Of a DNA stretch of 64,000 nucleotides, positions 9,638 through 18,355 are shown one piece after another. The translations under genes were made by a program, and so were the position numbers. The stretch is from Bacteroidota bacterium (GTDB taxonomy: Bacteria; Bacteroidota; Bacteroidia; Bacteroidales; VadinHA17): NCBI GenBank assembly GCA_018262715.1, contig JADFDS010000040.1, forward strand, positions 24,340 to 88,339, written 5' to 3'. The notes under the pieces were generated by a model. It worked only from the letters and a program-made list of their open reading frames with translations, was not told the DNA's origin and did not search any database. The stretch's first letter is position 1. Each line of letters begins with the position of its first letter.

Positions 9638-12600
9638 TCAGTCAATTCTTAATCCTGCTACCAATATATCATCAGTCTGCTGCGTTTTTCCCATCCAGCT
9701 GCCGAGACGCTCTTCAAGTATCTCCTTTTGTTTGCTCATCGGGTAATTCTGTATGTCAAGAATCAGCTTCCGCATGTTTCTCCTCATGAATTTCTTACCT
9801 GTGACGCCATTGAACTGGTCAGGGTAACCGTCTGTAAAGAGATAATATGACGAGTCCTTCTCCAGTTTCCATGTGTGCTGTGTAAACACGTGATCACCGT
9901 CAAGATGCATTCCCAGCGGCACCCTGTCGCCGTAAACGGTTTCCAGCAGATACTTGCCGCTCACCTGTGTCCCTGCATTTGGTTTGAATTCGCCGTTGTC
10001 CCATCTGGCCTTCTCCTGGTCACTCATCTCCCTGACCCTGAAGCATTGCATGGCTGCACCCGAATACTCAACAGTCTTCCTGCCCCTGTCAACCGAGAGG
10101 AGGGATATGTCAATGCCCTCATGCTGCACTTCACCGGCAGGAAGGGTTGAGAAAGCCCTGGTCAGCCTGTACCTGAATTCCCTCAGTATTTCCGAGGTGC
10201 TCATATACCCTGGTCTGTCAGCTATCTCATCAAGGAAGCAAAGTGCCATTACCGTACGAAGTGCAGAGTGCACCCCGTGACCCGTACAGTCACCTGCAGC
10301 TATTATTGACCTCTCACCCTGCCTGGCTATCCAGAAGAAGTCTCCGCTGACAGTACCCCTGGGTCTGTTAAGGAGAAAACTGTTCGGGATGGCTTCTCCA
10401 AGCCGCCTCTCCGAAGGCAGCAGAGTCTGCTGAACCAGGCCGGCATATTTCTCAAGCCCTTCAATCTCGTTCTTTCCCCTTGCCGTAGCTTCATTCCTCT
10501 GCCTGAGCAGGCTGTCAAGCCTCCTGTTCCTTATGCGCAGCCTCCTTGCAAAGTACCTTATCAGGAGGAACAGGAGCCAGCCTGCCACGGCTGCGTAGAA
10601 TAGTCTTGCAATAAGTGAGGTCAGCCACGGCTTCCTGACAGAGAATGAATAGGAAAGCTCCTCTCCCTCAAACCCCGTTATTGTTCTTGCCTTGACAACA
10701 AACCGGTAATCACCCGATGGCAGATTGGTGAAATCCCTGTAGTTACGTTTTTCCCAGGCTGACCAGTCATCATCATAACCCTCCAGCCGGTGCCTGTACT
10801 CTGTCTTCTCCTCATCGATATAAGAGGTAGTGGTCCAGCTGAAGGTAAGGCTGTTGTCACTGTTGGGAAGGGTGATACCTGGTTTATCAGGCTGTATTGG
10901 GGACGGTATCCGTTGCCCCTCCTTCGTGTCGGTATAAAAGGTGCCATCCATGAGTACCAGTCCGCTTCCGGTAATTATCCTGGTAAACAGCGTGCTGAAA
11001 TCACCGTACCTGAACGAAAGCTTCGACTTGTCCATTACAAAGAGATTCTGCCCCTTTGCAAGCCAGACGCTTCCGTCAGCATACGATATTCCCGCTGTTG
11101 CCAGATCAGGCAGGAAATCGAACTGACGCCTGAAGACCACATGACCCTGGCGGGTGGTTGTAACCATAGCATCAAAGTTGCGCGAGTCACAGCCTGAGAT
11201 GACAATTTCCCTCTCCGGTGTGCTGGTCACCATCCTTATGTTGGCATCATCAAAAGTTTCTCCGGTCAGATTATGATCCTTCCTGAAAGTATCATTCTGC
11301 CGGTCGTAAACACAGATACCCCTTCCTGTGCAGAGGTAAAGACTATCATTGATGACTGCAAGACTGTTCAGGGTGTCAGATCTCACCCCGCTGTCCCTGC
11401 CATAAACTATAAAAGCAGTGTCATTTGACTCACAGTGCATTCTTACCAGTGATGCCGGATCTGATGTTGCGAGCCACCATTCACCCGGTGCGGTCTGTTC
11501 AATATCACTGATACGGCCTGTAACCGCGTTGCTGATGGTATGCCTGACTTCCCATTCATAACCATCATAAATCAGCGTTCTGATTGTTCCGTCGGGGGAG
11601 CCTGATACCATCACCCCGGGATTCCGGACTGAGTTGCAGGCAGCAGTAAGGTGCAGCCCGGGAAGAAAACGCTCAAGGTCGTCATTCCTGTCAATCTGCA
11701 GGAGTCCGTTTTCTGTTGCAGCCAGCAGCACACTTCCTTCCCGGAGTTCCACCACGGCCAGTGAATAAACCCTGGCTCCCTGGCTCCCTTTTCTCCTGAA
11801 CCGCCTCACTCCTGATGGGTCGGTATAGCTGACAAGAAGACCATCTTCAGCTCCGGCATATATCGCCCCGGCGTATTCAGCAACCGTACCGCAGACAGAG
11901 GTTATACCTCCTGCAGGGGTGAATCCGGATGCCGGCATTGATATGGATGCCCTGTTTATAAAGCCACTGGTGCAGAACCACAGCTGTGAATTGGACGTGT
12001 TATTGCAATACATGGCTGTCACTGAAGACTCAGCCACTGCCGCCGTTCTTTCTGATATGTGCTGGAGGAGCCTCCCCTCATGACTATAGATATAGACCCC
12101 TCCCCTGTCTGAATAACCGGCAGCAATCAGGTTGCCGGGGAGCAGGACAACATCGGTGAGTGAACCGCCCGGCACCGTGGTCTTTGATTCCGTAACAACC
12201 GGAAGACGAGCGATAGTGCCTGTTCTGATGTTGAACAGCATCAGTCCCTTTTGTGCATCGCCGATGAGAAGGTTGTCCCTGTCATATGGAAGAAGCCTGA
12301 CAAACCTGGCAGGGGCCGCTTTTTCCCCTCCCGGGATTCTTTCGGTTCTGTCAGCGCTGAATGCAAACAGTCCCTCCTGGTTGTCAGCAATTATTATCCT
12401 GTTGTCAAATGCAAGCAATGCAGAGACATTTCGTATCCCCAATTCATTTTCCAGGTCGGTAACTGTAACTGAATCTGATTTATGACCTGAGACAAACAGT
12501 CTTCTGCCATCACTGAAACAGACATGATTGCTGTCAGCCGCACCTGAGGTAATGGGACTGTAGTTCCCCTCCCCGCTTCTGGTAAGTCCTGCGAGTGAAA

Positions 12601-12946
12601 TATAGGTCAGTCTGCCTGCATTGTCAGGCTGCAGGAAACCGAACCCGTTTCTTCCTCCGGCATAGACAATTCCGCGAGTGTCAGTGATCAGTGAGGTAAC
12701 TGCTCCGATACCCGGGGTGGCTATCCTGCTCCACCTGCTGCCGTCATATGTGACAATTCCGCCGGATTCATTGCCAAAGTACATTACCCCGCGGCTGTCC
12801 ATAGTGATACACAGGTTGCGGAGCTCTCCCGGAGTAGCGGATGCATCAAACCGGCTGATCAAAGGGGTGCCATACCTGTTGACCTGCGAAAATACTGACA
12901 ATGATGATAATAGAAGGAGTATCGTAACCTTGAGGCCCTTCTTCAT
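9638..12946 (-). CDS. Membrane-anchored sensor: periplasmic two-component-regulator propeller / Y_Y_Y domain fused to cytoplasmic PP2C (SpoIIE-type) phosphatase
   Basis: Signal peptide, long beta-propeller-like repeats, and a Y_Y_Y segment (YRHRLEGYDDDWSAWEKRNYRDFTNLPSGDYRFVVKA). One TM (LFYAAVAGWLLFLLIRYF). PP2C motifs (SGDFFWI, AAGDCTGHGVHSAL, TDGYPDQ, TDDILVAGLRI). Confidence 0.85.
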   Translation of the reverse strand: MKKGLKVTILLLLSSLSVFSQVNRYGTPLISRFDASATPGELRNLCITMDSRGVMYFGNESGGIVTYDGSRWSRIATPGIGAVTSLITDTRGIVYAGGRNGFGFLQPDNAGRLTYISLAGLTRSGEGNYSPITSGAADSNHVCFSDGRRLFVSGHKSDSVTVTDLENELGIRNVSALLAFDNRIIIADNQEGLFAFSADRTERIPGGEKAAPARFVRLLPYDRDNLLIGDAQKGLMLFNIRTGTIARLPVVTESKTTVPGGSLTDVVLLPGNLIAAGYSDRGGVYIYSHEGRLLQHISERTAAVAESSVTAMYCNNTSNSQLWFCTSGFINRASISMPASGFTPAGGITSVCGTVAEYAGAIYAGAEDGLLVSYTDPSGVRRFRRKGSQGARVYSLAVVELREGSVLLAATENGLLQIDRNDDLERFLPGLHLTAACNSVRNPGVMVSGSPDGTIRTLIYDGYEWEVRHTISNAVTGRISDIEQTAPGEWWLATSDPASLVRMHCESNDTAFIVYGRDSGVRSDTLNSLAVINDSLYLCTGRGICVYDRQNDTFRKDHNLTGETFDDANIRMVTSTPEREIVISGCDSRNFDAMVTTTRQGHVVFRRQFDFLPDLATAGISYADGSVWLAKGQNLFVMDKSKLSFRYGDFSTLFTRIITGSGLVLMDGTFYTDTKEGQRIPSPIQPDKPGITLPNSDNSLTFSWTTTSYIDEEKTEYRHRLEGYDDDWSAWEKRNYRDFTNLPSGDYRFVVKARTITGFEGEELSYSFSVRKPWLTSLIARLFYAAVAGWLLFLLIRYFARRLRIRNRRLDSLLRQRNEATARGKNEIEGLEKYAGLVQQTLLPSERRLGEAIPNSFLLNRPRGTVSGDFFWIARQGERSIIAAGDCTGHGVHSALRTVMALCFLDEIADRPGYMSTSEILREFRYRLTRAFSTLPAGEVQHEGIDISLLSVDRGRKTVEYSGAAMQCFRVREMSDQEKARWDNGEFKPNAGTQVSGKYLLETVYGDRVPLGMHLDGDHVFTQHTWKLEKDSSYYLFTDGYPDQFNGVTGKKFMRRNMRKLILDIQNYPMSKQKEILEERLGSWMGKTQQTDDILVAGLRID

Positions 12947-13070
12947 TCCCTGAACAATTTCCCTGAATTTATGGTTAAATATACGAATTCAATTCATATA
13001 ACGGCTGAAACCACTTCCGGCATATAAATTGAGGTAATTTTTAGTTATATTGGCTTCGTATATTCAGGCT

Positions 13071-16000
13071 ATGAGGGTAAAACAGAGGGCAACCGCAGTG
13101 TTGGCGGCCATTATGCTGCTGCTTAACCTGCCCGATGCTGATTCCCAGGCTTATGCCGGAAGGACGGCCGGTGACAAACCTGGCGTAAAAGTGTCGCGTC
13201 AGCTGTCTGATTTCATTTACCGCTCAGGTGAATCAGAATTTCAGACCATCACCGACCCTTCAGGCAAGTACCTGAGGCTGTTTCTTCCCGGGCACCATCA
13301 GTCTCCCGAGACCGGACAGCCCGAGCTGCCCGTGTGGAGCCGGCTGGTTGAAGTACCGGATGGAATGGAGGTGGTTGTCTCCATCTCGGAAGTGAGTTCA
13401 CGCAGAATCCGGTTCGCTGACCGGGGAGCCCCTCAGGCCGAGCTTTTCCCGGCACAGCCGGCAAGGACCAAGAATCAGGTACGTGATGACAGGATAACCG
13501 TAAAGGACCGAAAAGCCTATGGCAGCCGGAACACCCTGATGCATGACACCGTAAGGGTGACTCATGAAGGCATATTCAGGGGCCGCCGTCTGGCAAACAT
13601 CGCAGTCTATCCGGCTTTCTACAATCCAGGGGGCAGATACGTTGATCTTATCACGTCAATGAAGGTGGAGATCGGGTTCAGACCGGAAGCAACAAAGGGT
13701 GAAGAGGATACGGAGGATCCGGTCAACAAGGGCGGATTTGCTTCAGACTCCTATATTACAGGCTACACTGACCGGCCGGTTCACATGATCATAGTCACCG
13801 ACTCCATCTTCCGGAAACATCTTGAGCCACTGGTCAGATGGAAAACACTGAAGGGAATACGTACAACTGTAATTTACAGGAAATCAGGGCCTGCTGACAC
13901 AGTATACAAGGATCTGAAAAACAGGATATCAACCGTTTATTTCAGTCTTCAGGAAAAGGGGATCCCGGTACATTACCTGATGATCGCCGGCGATCAGTCC
14001 ATAATACCCACATCACGCGGTACCACCAATGTGTCAGACCTTTACTACGGCGAGTTTGACGGCCAGGGCGACTATATCCCCGAACTGTTCATTGGCAGAC
14101 TTCCGGCATCAGATACCACCCAGATGAAGGGGATGGTCAAAAAGATTATCGATTACGAGACAAACAGGTTTGGTCCCGCTATTGACAACTGGTCACGGGC
14201 ACTGGCCACCGCTGGGAATGCGCCGGGATTTGAGCTCTATATGAACGGACAGGTGTCATACATCTACAACACTTACCTGAAAGCAGACAAATCCCTGAAT
14301 GCCATCGGCTGGCTGTATCCCGACGCTCCTCAGAAGGATGACTCGCTGAAGACCGTTTTCAACAAGGGAGTCAGCATACTTAATTACACCGGTCACGGTG
14401 AAGCCACCGGCTTCAGCGACCCTGCTTTCAGAACCTCAATGATGAACGAGTTCAGCAATGAAAACAAGTACCCTCTCATCATAGCCAATGCCTGCCGTAC
14501 AGCCCAGATAAACGTTGCATCGTGCTTTGGCACAGCCATGGTTGCCACCCCGAACAAGGGGGCCATCGGTTATATAGGATGTACAAATGACTCTTACTGG
14601 AGCGATGATTTCTTCTGGTCAGTGGGTCCGGGAACACCAGGGCCGAATGTCACCTTCGAGACTACCGGTGCAGGCGCCTTTGACAGGCTGTTCCATACAC
14701 ACGGTGAGCCTCCGGGCGAATGGTACTACACCATGGGTCAGGTAAACTTTTCCGGAAACATGTCCGTATCGGCCAGTACCAGTCCGCGAAAGAAGTATTA
14801 CTGGGAGACGTACATGCTGCTGGGTGATCCTTCCTTGTCTCCGGTAATAGGAAGGCCTGACACTTTCAGGATTGACCTTCCGGACAGGGTGCCCCAGCAA
14901 CTGCAGGTCCTTAGTTTCTTTACCGGGCCTTTTGCATATGCAGCACTGTCAGATTTCGACACGCTTTGGGATGCCAGGTTCGTCAGTCCTTCCGGGAACA
15001 TCTCTCTGGCCGTCCCGGCAGGCGTCAAGGACTCATGCCTCCTGGTGGTCACAGGACAGAATATGCTTCCTTTCTACAAGACCATCCATTTCGGTGATGT
15101 GCCTGAACCATTCATAACCGTCGGCGACATAGTATTCGATGACGCCGATGGCAATGGAAACGGCCTCCCCGACTACAGTGAACCGGTGAATCTGCAGGTT
15201 ACGGTGAAGAATATCGGAAAGATGCGTACCTCAAAGATGACAGCCCGGCTAAGCGTCGCCTCCGGGATGATAACCGTGGAAGCTGATACTGCCACGATAG
15301 GGGTGTTGCTCCCGGGACAGACACGCACAATAACCGGAAAGTTCATCTTCAGGGTTTCAGACAGTGTGGAGGACGGCGAGCTGGCTGCCCTGCTGCTCAG
15401 CATCAAGGATGGCAGCGAAGAGTACAGGTACGGCATTGATATGACTCTTAATGCCCCGGAACTGAAGATTATTTCAGCCATTCATGACGATTCCTCGCTG
15501 GGAAATTCCAATTTCCTTCCCGATCCGGGGGAAAAACTGCATCTCCGGGTCAGGGTAAAAAATGACGGATCAGCTGCTGCCACCGGGTTGGTGAAGATAA
15601 CCCCTGCCGGACCAATGCTTACCGTATACCAGCCCGAGCTGGCTACTGACAGCATCAAACCAGGGCAGGTGAAGGATATTTATTTTGAGACAGAAATCTC
15701 ACCCCTTGCCGGATCCGGGAAGGTTATCCCCTATGACGTAAGCTTCATTTGCGGCAAATATGAGGCAAGGGGCAGGTGGTCAGTCAGTACGGGGAAAACA
15801 CGCGAAACCTGGGAGTTCGACAGGTTCGACGTGTTCCCGTGGATACTTAATGGCGAATACCCGTGGATAATAACATCCTCGGTATCGTATGAGAACGTTT
15901 TTTCAGCACGGTCAGCCCCTATACCTGACAAAACGGAATCGATCCTTGCCATATATGTCAACAATCCGGTAGCCGACACCATGTCATTTTTTGTACGGGT

Positions 16001-16805
16001 CTCCTCCGAACCCATATATGACGAGCTTACCTTCAGGGTAGACAGCGTCACTGACATGCAGATCTCGGGTGACACACCCTGGGCACAAAGAAAGAAAGTG
16101 CTGAAGCCGGGCGTACACCTGCTGGAGTGGATATATTCAAAGGATGTCTCACTCTCGGGCGGACTTGACGGAGCATGGCTCGACCAGGTTACATTCCCCG
16201 ACATTTCGTTCCTTGAGGCAGACCTGCATATTGATTCGGTCTTTGCTCCCCCAGCAGAGGCAATGCTTTCGGAGGTGACCGTGAAAGGGAGGGTGATCAA
16301 CCTTGGACGCAACGCACTGACAAGCTTCCCGCTGGCATACAGTATCAATGAAGGGGAATTGGTCAATGAAACCTTCTACAGGAAAATAGACCCGGGTGAC
16401 ACTGTTGATGTGGCTTTCACACAGAAATGCAGTCTGCTGAAGGATATACCATATCATATTCATATTTTCAGCCGGCTGCCTGAAGACGGTTATGCAGGAA
16501 ATGATACCGCATTCGTTTCGTTTGTCATATCCGGAACCGGACCGGAAATCAATGAGGATCAGGTAATCCTGCATCCCAATCCTTTCAATGAGGATTTCTC
16601 GCTTGAAGTTGACTTCGGGGGAAGTGAGACGGCAGGCTTTGAACTGTTTGATGCTTCGGGAAGGATCGTCATGCAGTCAGAGGCTGAGCTGTCGCCCGGC
16701 AGGAACCGGATTCCGTTCAATTGCCGGCACCTTGGATCTGGTATCTATACCCTTCGGATCACATACGGGGGCAGGAGCTTCTCGATGAAGGCAGTTAAAA
16801 AGTGA
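13071..16805 (+). CDS. Peptidase C25 (gingipain-family) protein with T9SS C-terminal sorting domain
   Basis: Propeptide-like N-terminus (GQPELPV). Catalytic-type motifs NYTGHGEATGF (His) and IANACRTAQ (Cys). C-terminal Por_Secre_tail-like segment (ILHPNPFNEDFSLEV...GIYTLRITYGGRSFSMKAVK). ATG 13071 preferred over TTG 13050. Confidence 0.85.
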   Translation: MRVKQRATAVLAAIMLLLNLPDADSQAYAGRTAGDKPGVKVSRQLSDFIYRSGESEFQTITDPSGKYLRLFLPGHHQSPETGQPELPVWSRLVEVPDGMEVVVSISEVSSRRIRFADRGAPQAELFPAQPARTKNQVRDDRITVKDRKAYGSRNTLMHDTVRVTHEGIFRGRRLANIAVYPAFYNPGGRYVDLITSMKVEIGFRPEATKGEEDTEDPVNKGGFASDSYITGYTDRPVHMIIVTDSIFRKHLEPLVRWKTLKGIRTTVIYRKSGPADTVYKDLKNRISTVYFSLQEKGIPVHYLMIAGDQSIIPTSRGTTNVSDLYYGEFDGQGDYIPELFIGRLPASDTTQMKGMVKKIIDYETNRFGPAIDNWSRALATAGNAPGFELYMNGQVSYIYNTYLKADKSLNAIGWLYPDAPQKDDSLKTVFNKGVSILNYTGHGEATGFSDPAFRTSMMNEFSNENKYPLIIANACRTAQINVASCFGTAMVATPNKGAIGYIGCTNDSYWSDDFFWSVGPGTPGPNVTFETTGAGAFDRLFHTHGEPPGEWYYTMGQVNFSGNMSVSASTSPRKKYYWETYMLLGDPSLSPVIGRPDTFRIDLPDRVPQQLQVLSFFTGPFAYAALSDFDTLWDARFVSPSGNISLAVPAGVKDSCLLVVTGQNMLPFYKTIHFGDVPEPFITVGDIVFDDADGNGNGLPDYSEPVNLQVTVKNIGKMRTSKMTARLSVASGMITVEADTATIGVLLPGQTRTITGKFIFRVSDSVEDGELAALLLSIKDGSEEYRYGIDMTLNAPELKIISAIHDDSSLGNSNFLPDPGEKLHLRVRVKNDGSAAATGLVKITPAGPMLTVYQPELATDSIKPGQVKDIYFETEISPLAGSGKVIPYDVSFICGKYEARGRWSVSTGKTRETWEFDRFDVFPWILNGEYPWIITSSVSYENVFSARSAPIPDKTESILAIYVNNPVADTMSFFVRVSSEPIYDELTFRVDSVTDMQISGDTPWAQRKKVLKPGVHLLEWIYSKDVSLSGGLDGAWLDQVTFPDISFLEADLHIDSVFAPPAEAMLSEVTVKGRVINLGRNALTSFPLAYSINEGELVNETFYRKIDPGDTVDVAFTQKCSLLKDIPYHIHIFSRLPEDGYAGNDTAFVSFVISGTGPEINEDQVILHPNPFNEDFSLEVDFGGSETAGFELFDASGRIVMQSEAELSPGRNRIPFNCRHLGSGIYTLRITYGGRSFSMKAVKK

Positions 16806-16853
16806 CTGATCAGACGGATCATAAGTGCAATTATTCAAATTTAAAATCAGGAA

Positions 16854-17444
16854 ATGACAGGCAAAACACCCACCAGGGAAGAAGCTGTTGAGCTTTTCAG
16901 GAGGTACAACAGGTCAGACAGCCTCTACAAACACGCCCTATCAGTTGAGGCGGTCATGAGATACATGGCGCGCAAACATGGTGAGGATGAGGAAAAGTGG
17001 GGAATCATCGGACTGGTGCATGATCTCGATTATGAGATGTATCCTGACCAGCACTGTACCATGACGGAGAAGATACTTAAGGAGGAGGGATGGCCTGTGG
17101 ATTATGTAAGGGCCGTAGTCAGCCACGGGTACGGTATCTGCTCTGACACTGAGCCCCTGACTCTCCTTGAGAAAACGCTGTTTGCAATTGATGAGCTGAC
17201 CGGGCTCGTGACTACGAGCGCACTAGTCAGGCCTTCACGAAGCGTGCTTGACATGGAAGCAAAGTCAGTCCGCAAAAAATGGACAGACAAAAGGTTTGCT
17301 GCGGGCGTTGACCGGAGTGTCATTGAAAAGGGCGCTGCCATGCTCGGCGTTGACCTGAATGATCTCATCTCAGACACAATATCAGGGATGCGCGAGGTGG
17401 CAGGGGATATCGGATTGTATGGTAATCCTGCCCCACGGGCATGA
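16854..17444 (+). CDS. HD/HDIG domain metal-dependent phosphohydrolase
   Basis: H...HD signature (KHALSVEAVM...GLVHDLDYE) and a second His cluster (VVSHGYG). Confidence 0.8.
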   Translation: MTGKTPTREEAVELFRRYNRSDSLYKHALSVEAVMRYMARKHGEDEEKWGIIGLVHDLDYEMYPDQHCTMTEKILKEEGWPVDYVRAVVSHGYGICSDTEPLTLLEKTLFAIDELTGLVTTSALVRPSRSVLDMEAKSVRKKWTDKRFAAGVDRSVIEKGAAMLGVDLNDLISDTISGMREVAGDIGLYGNPAPRA

Positions 17445-17463
17445 AATACGTACATATGATAAC

Positions 17464-17508
17464 GTAACGACAGGTCTGAGACCTGTCGTTACCTGCCCCC
17501 CCGGGCAG
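17464..17508. repeat. Palindromic intergenic unit, copy 1 (13-bp perfect hairpin plus adjacent 6-bp GC hairpin)
   Basis: GTAACGACAGGTC-TGA-GACCTGTCGTTAC (17464-17492), followed by CTGCCC-CCCC-GGGCAG (17493-17508). Sits between convergent genes. Confidence 0.7.
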
Positions 17509-17527
17509 AAATTCTGTATATGATGCC

Positions 17528-17562
17528 GTAGCGGCGGGTCTCAGACCTGCCGTTACCTGCCC
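17528..17562. repeat. Palindromic intergenic unit, copy 2
   Basis: GTAGCGGCGGGTC-TCA-GACCTGCCGTTAC (17528-17556) followed by CTGCCC. Same architecture 64 bp after copy 1. One compensatory pair change and two G-U wobbles that pair only in the + strand RNA. Confidence 0.7.
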
Positions 17563-17571
17563 TGATGATAA

Positions 17572-18318
17572 TTATAATTCCCTGATCTGGATATTACGAT
17601 ACCAGACGTCATCGCCGTGATCCTGCAGGCCTATGAAACCCTCGGCGGCAACATTGGCCCAGTTGGGATTCAATGCGGGGAATTTGCTTCCGGCAACCAG
17701 GGTGTTCCATTCGGGAGTCCAGAGATGGTACTCGAGAACGGTCTCACCATTCTGGATGTGCCATACTGATCCCTTGTAAACCTTAATCTCGGCGGTGTTC
17801 CACTCACCGGCTGGTTTTGCATTCTGTGGTTTGGCGGGAATCAGGTCATATAGTGACCCGGCCTGGCGGTTTCCGTCTTTTCCGGCCTGAGCATCGGGGT
17901 GCCTTTCATTGTCAAGGACCTGCATCTCGGGAGCGGTCTTGTATATGTAATCCCACTCCGGACCTTCCTGTGCCAGGTAGAATATTCCGCTGTTGCCACC
18001 TTCCGAGATTTTCCATTCCATCTTGAGGTGGAAATTTGAGAACTTCTTGTCATAGATGATATCACCGCCGCCACCGCCGGCTTCACCCCTCCCGGAACCG
18101 ATGCAATGCAGTGTACCGTCAACAATCTCCCATCCCTGTGTGGGGAACTCGGGCTTGTTGTAGTTACGCCAGCCCTGGGTGCCTGATCCGTCAAAGAGAT
18201 AGGTCCAGACCTCGGCTTCAGTCGATTTCTTTTCAGCATTCTTTTTCTCCTTTCCTGATCCGCAGGAGACAAACGAGACCGCAAGGAGAAGAACAAACAT
18301 TGTCTTTATCAGTTTCAT
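17572..18318 (-). CDS. DUF1080 (3-keto-disaccharide hydrolase-like, concanavalin-type) lipoprotein
   Basis: Lipobox FVSCGSG. Family-typical W..Y......GW....G.L motifs and C-terminal GFIGLQDHGDDVWYRNIQIREL. Confidence 0.85.
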   Translation of the reverse strand: MKLIKTMFVLLLAVSFVSCGSGKEKKNAEKKSTEAEVWTYLFDGSGTQGWRNYNKPEFPTQGWEIVDGTLHCIGSGRGEAGGGGGDIIYDKKFSNFHLKMEWKISEGGNSGIFYLAQEGPEWDYIYKTAPEMQVLDNERHPDAQAGKDGNRQAGSLYDLIPAKPQNAKPAGEWNTAEIKVYKGSVWHIQNGETVLEYHLWTPEWNTLVAGSKFPALNPNWANVAAEGFIGLQDHGDDVWYRNIQIREL

Positions 18319-18355
18319 AAGTTATTTATTTTAAGTATTAGTTTTGGTTTTAGCG

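Noticed and set aside
13071-16805. Calling the C25 peptidase porU
   Set aside because: The architecture is compatible, but no porV neighbour or PorU-specific motif can be verified by eye. It is left as a C25 family protein with a CTD.
17464-17562. CRISPR array or tRNA-like element
   Set aside because: There are only two units, no spacer-repeat periodicity beyond one interval and no cloverleaf. It is better explained as a palindromic REP-like or terminator element.
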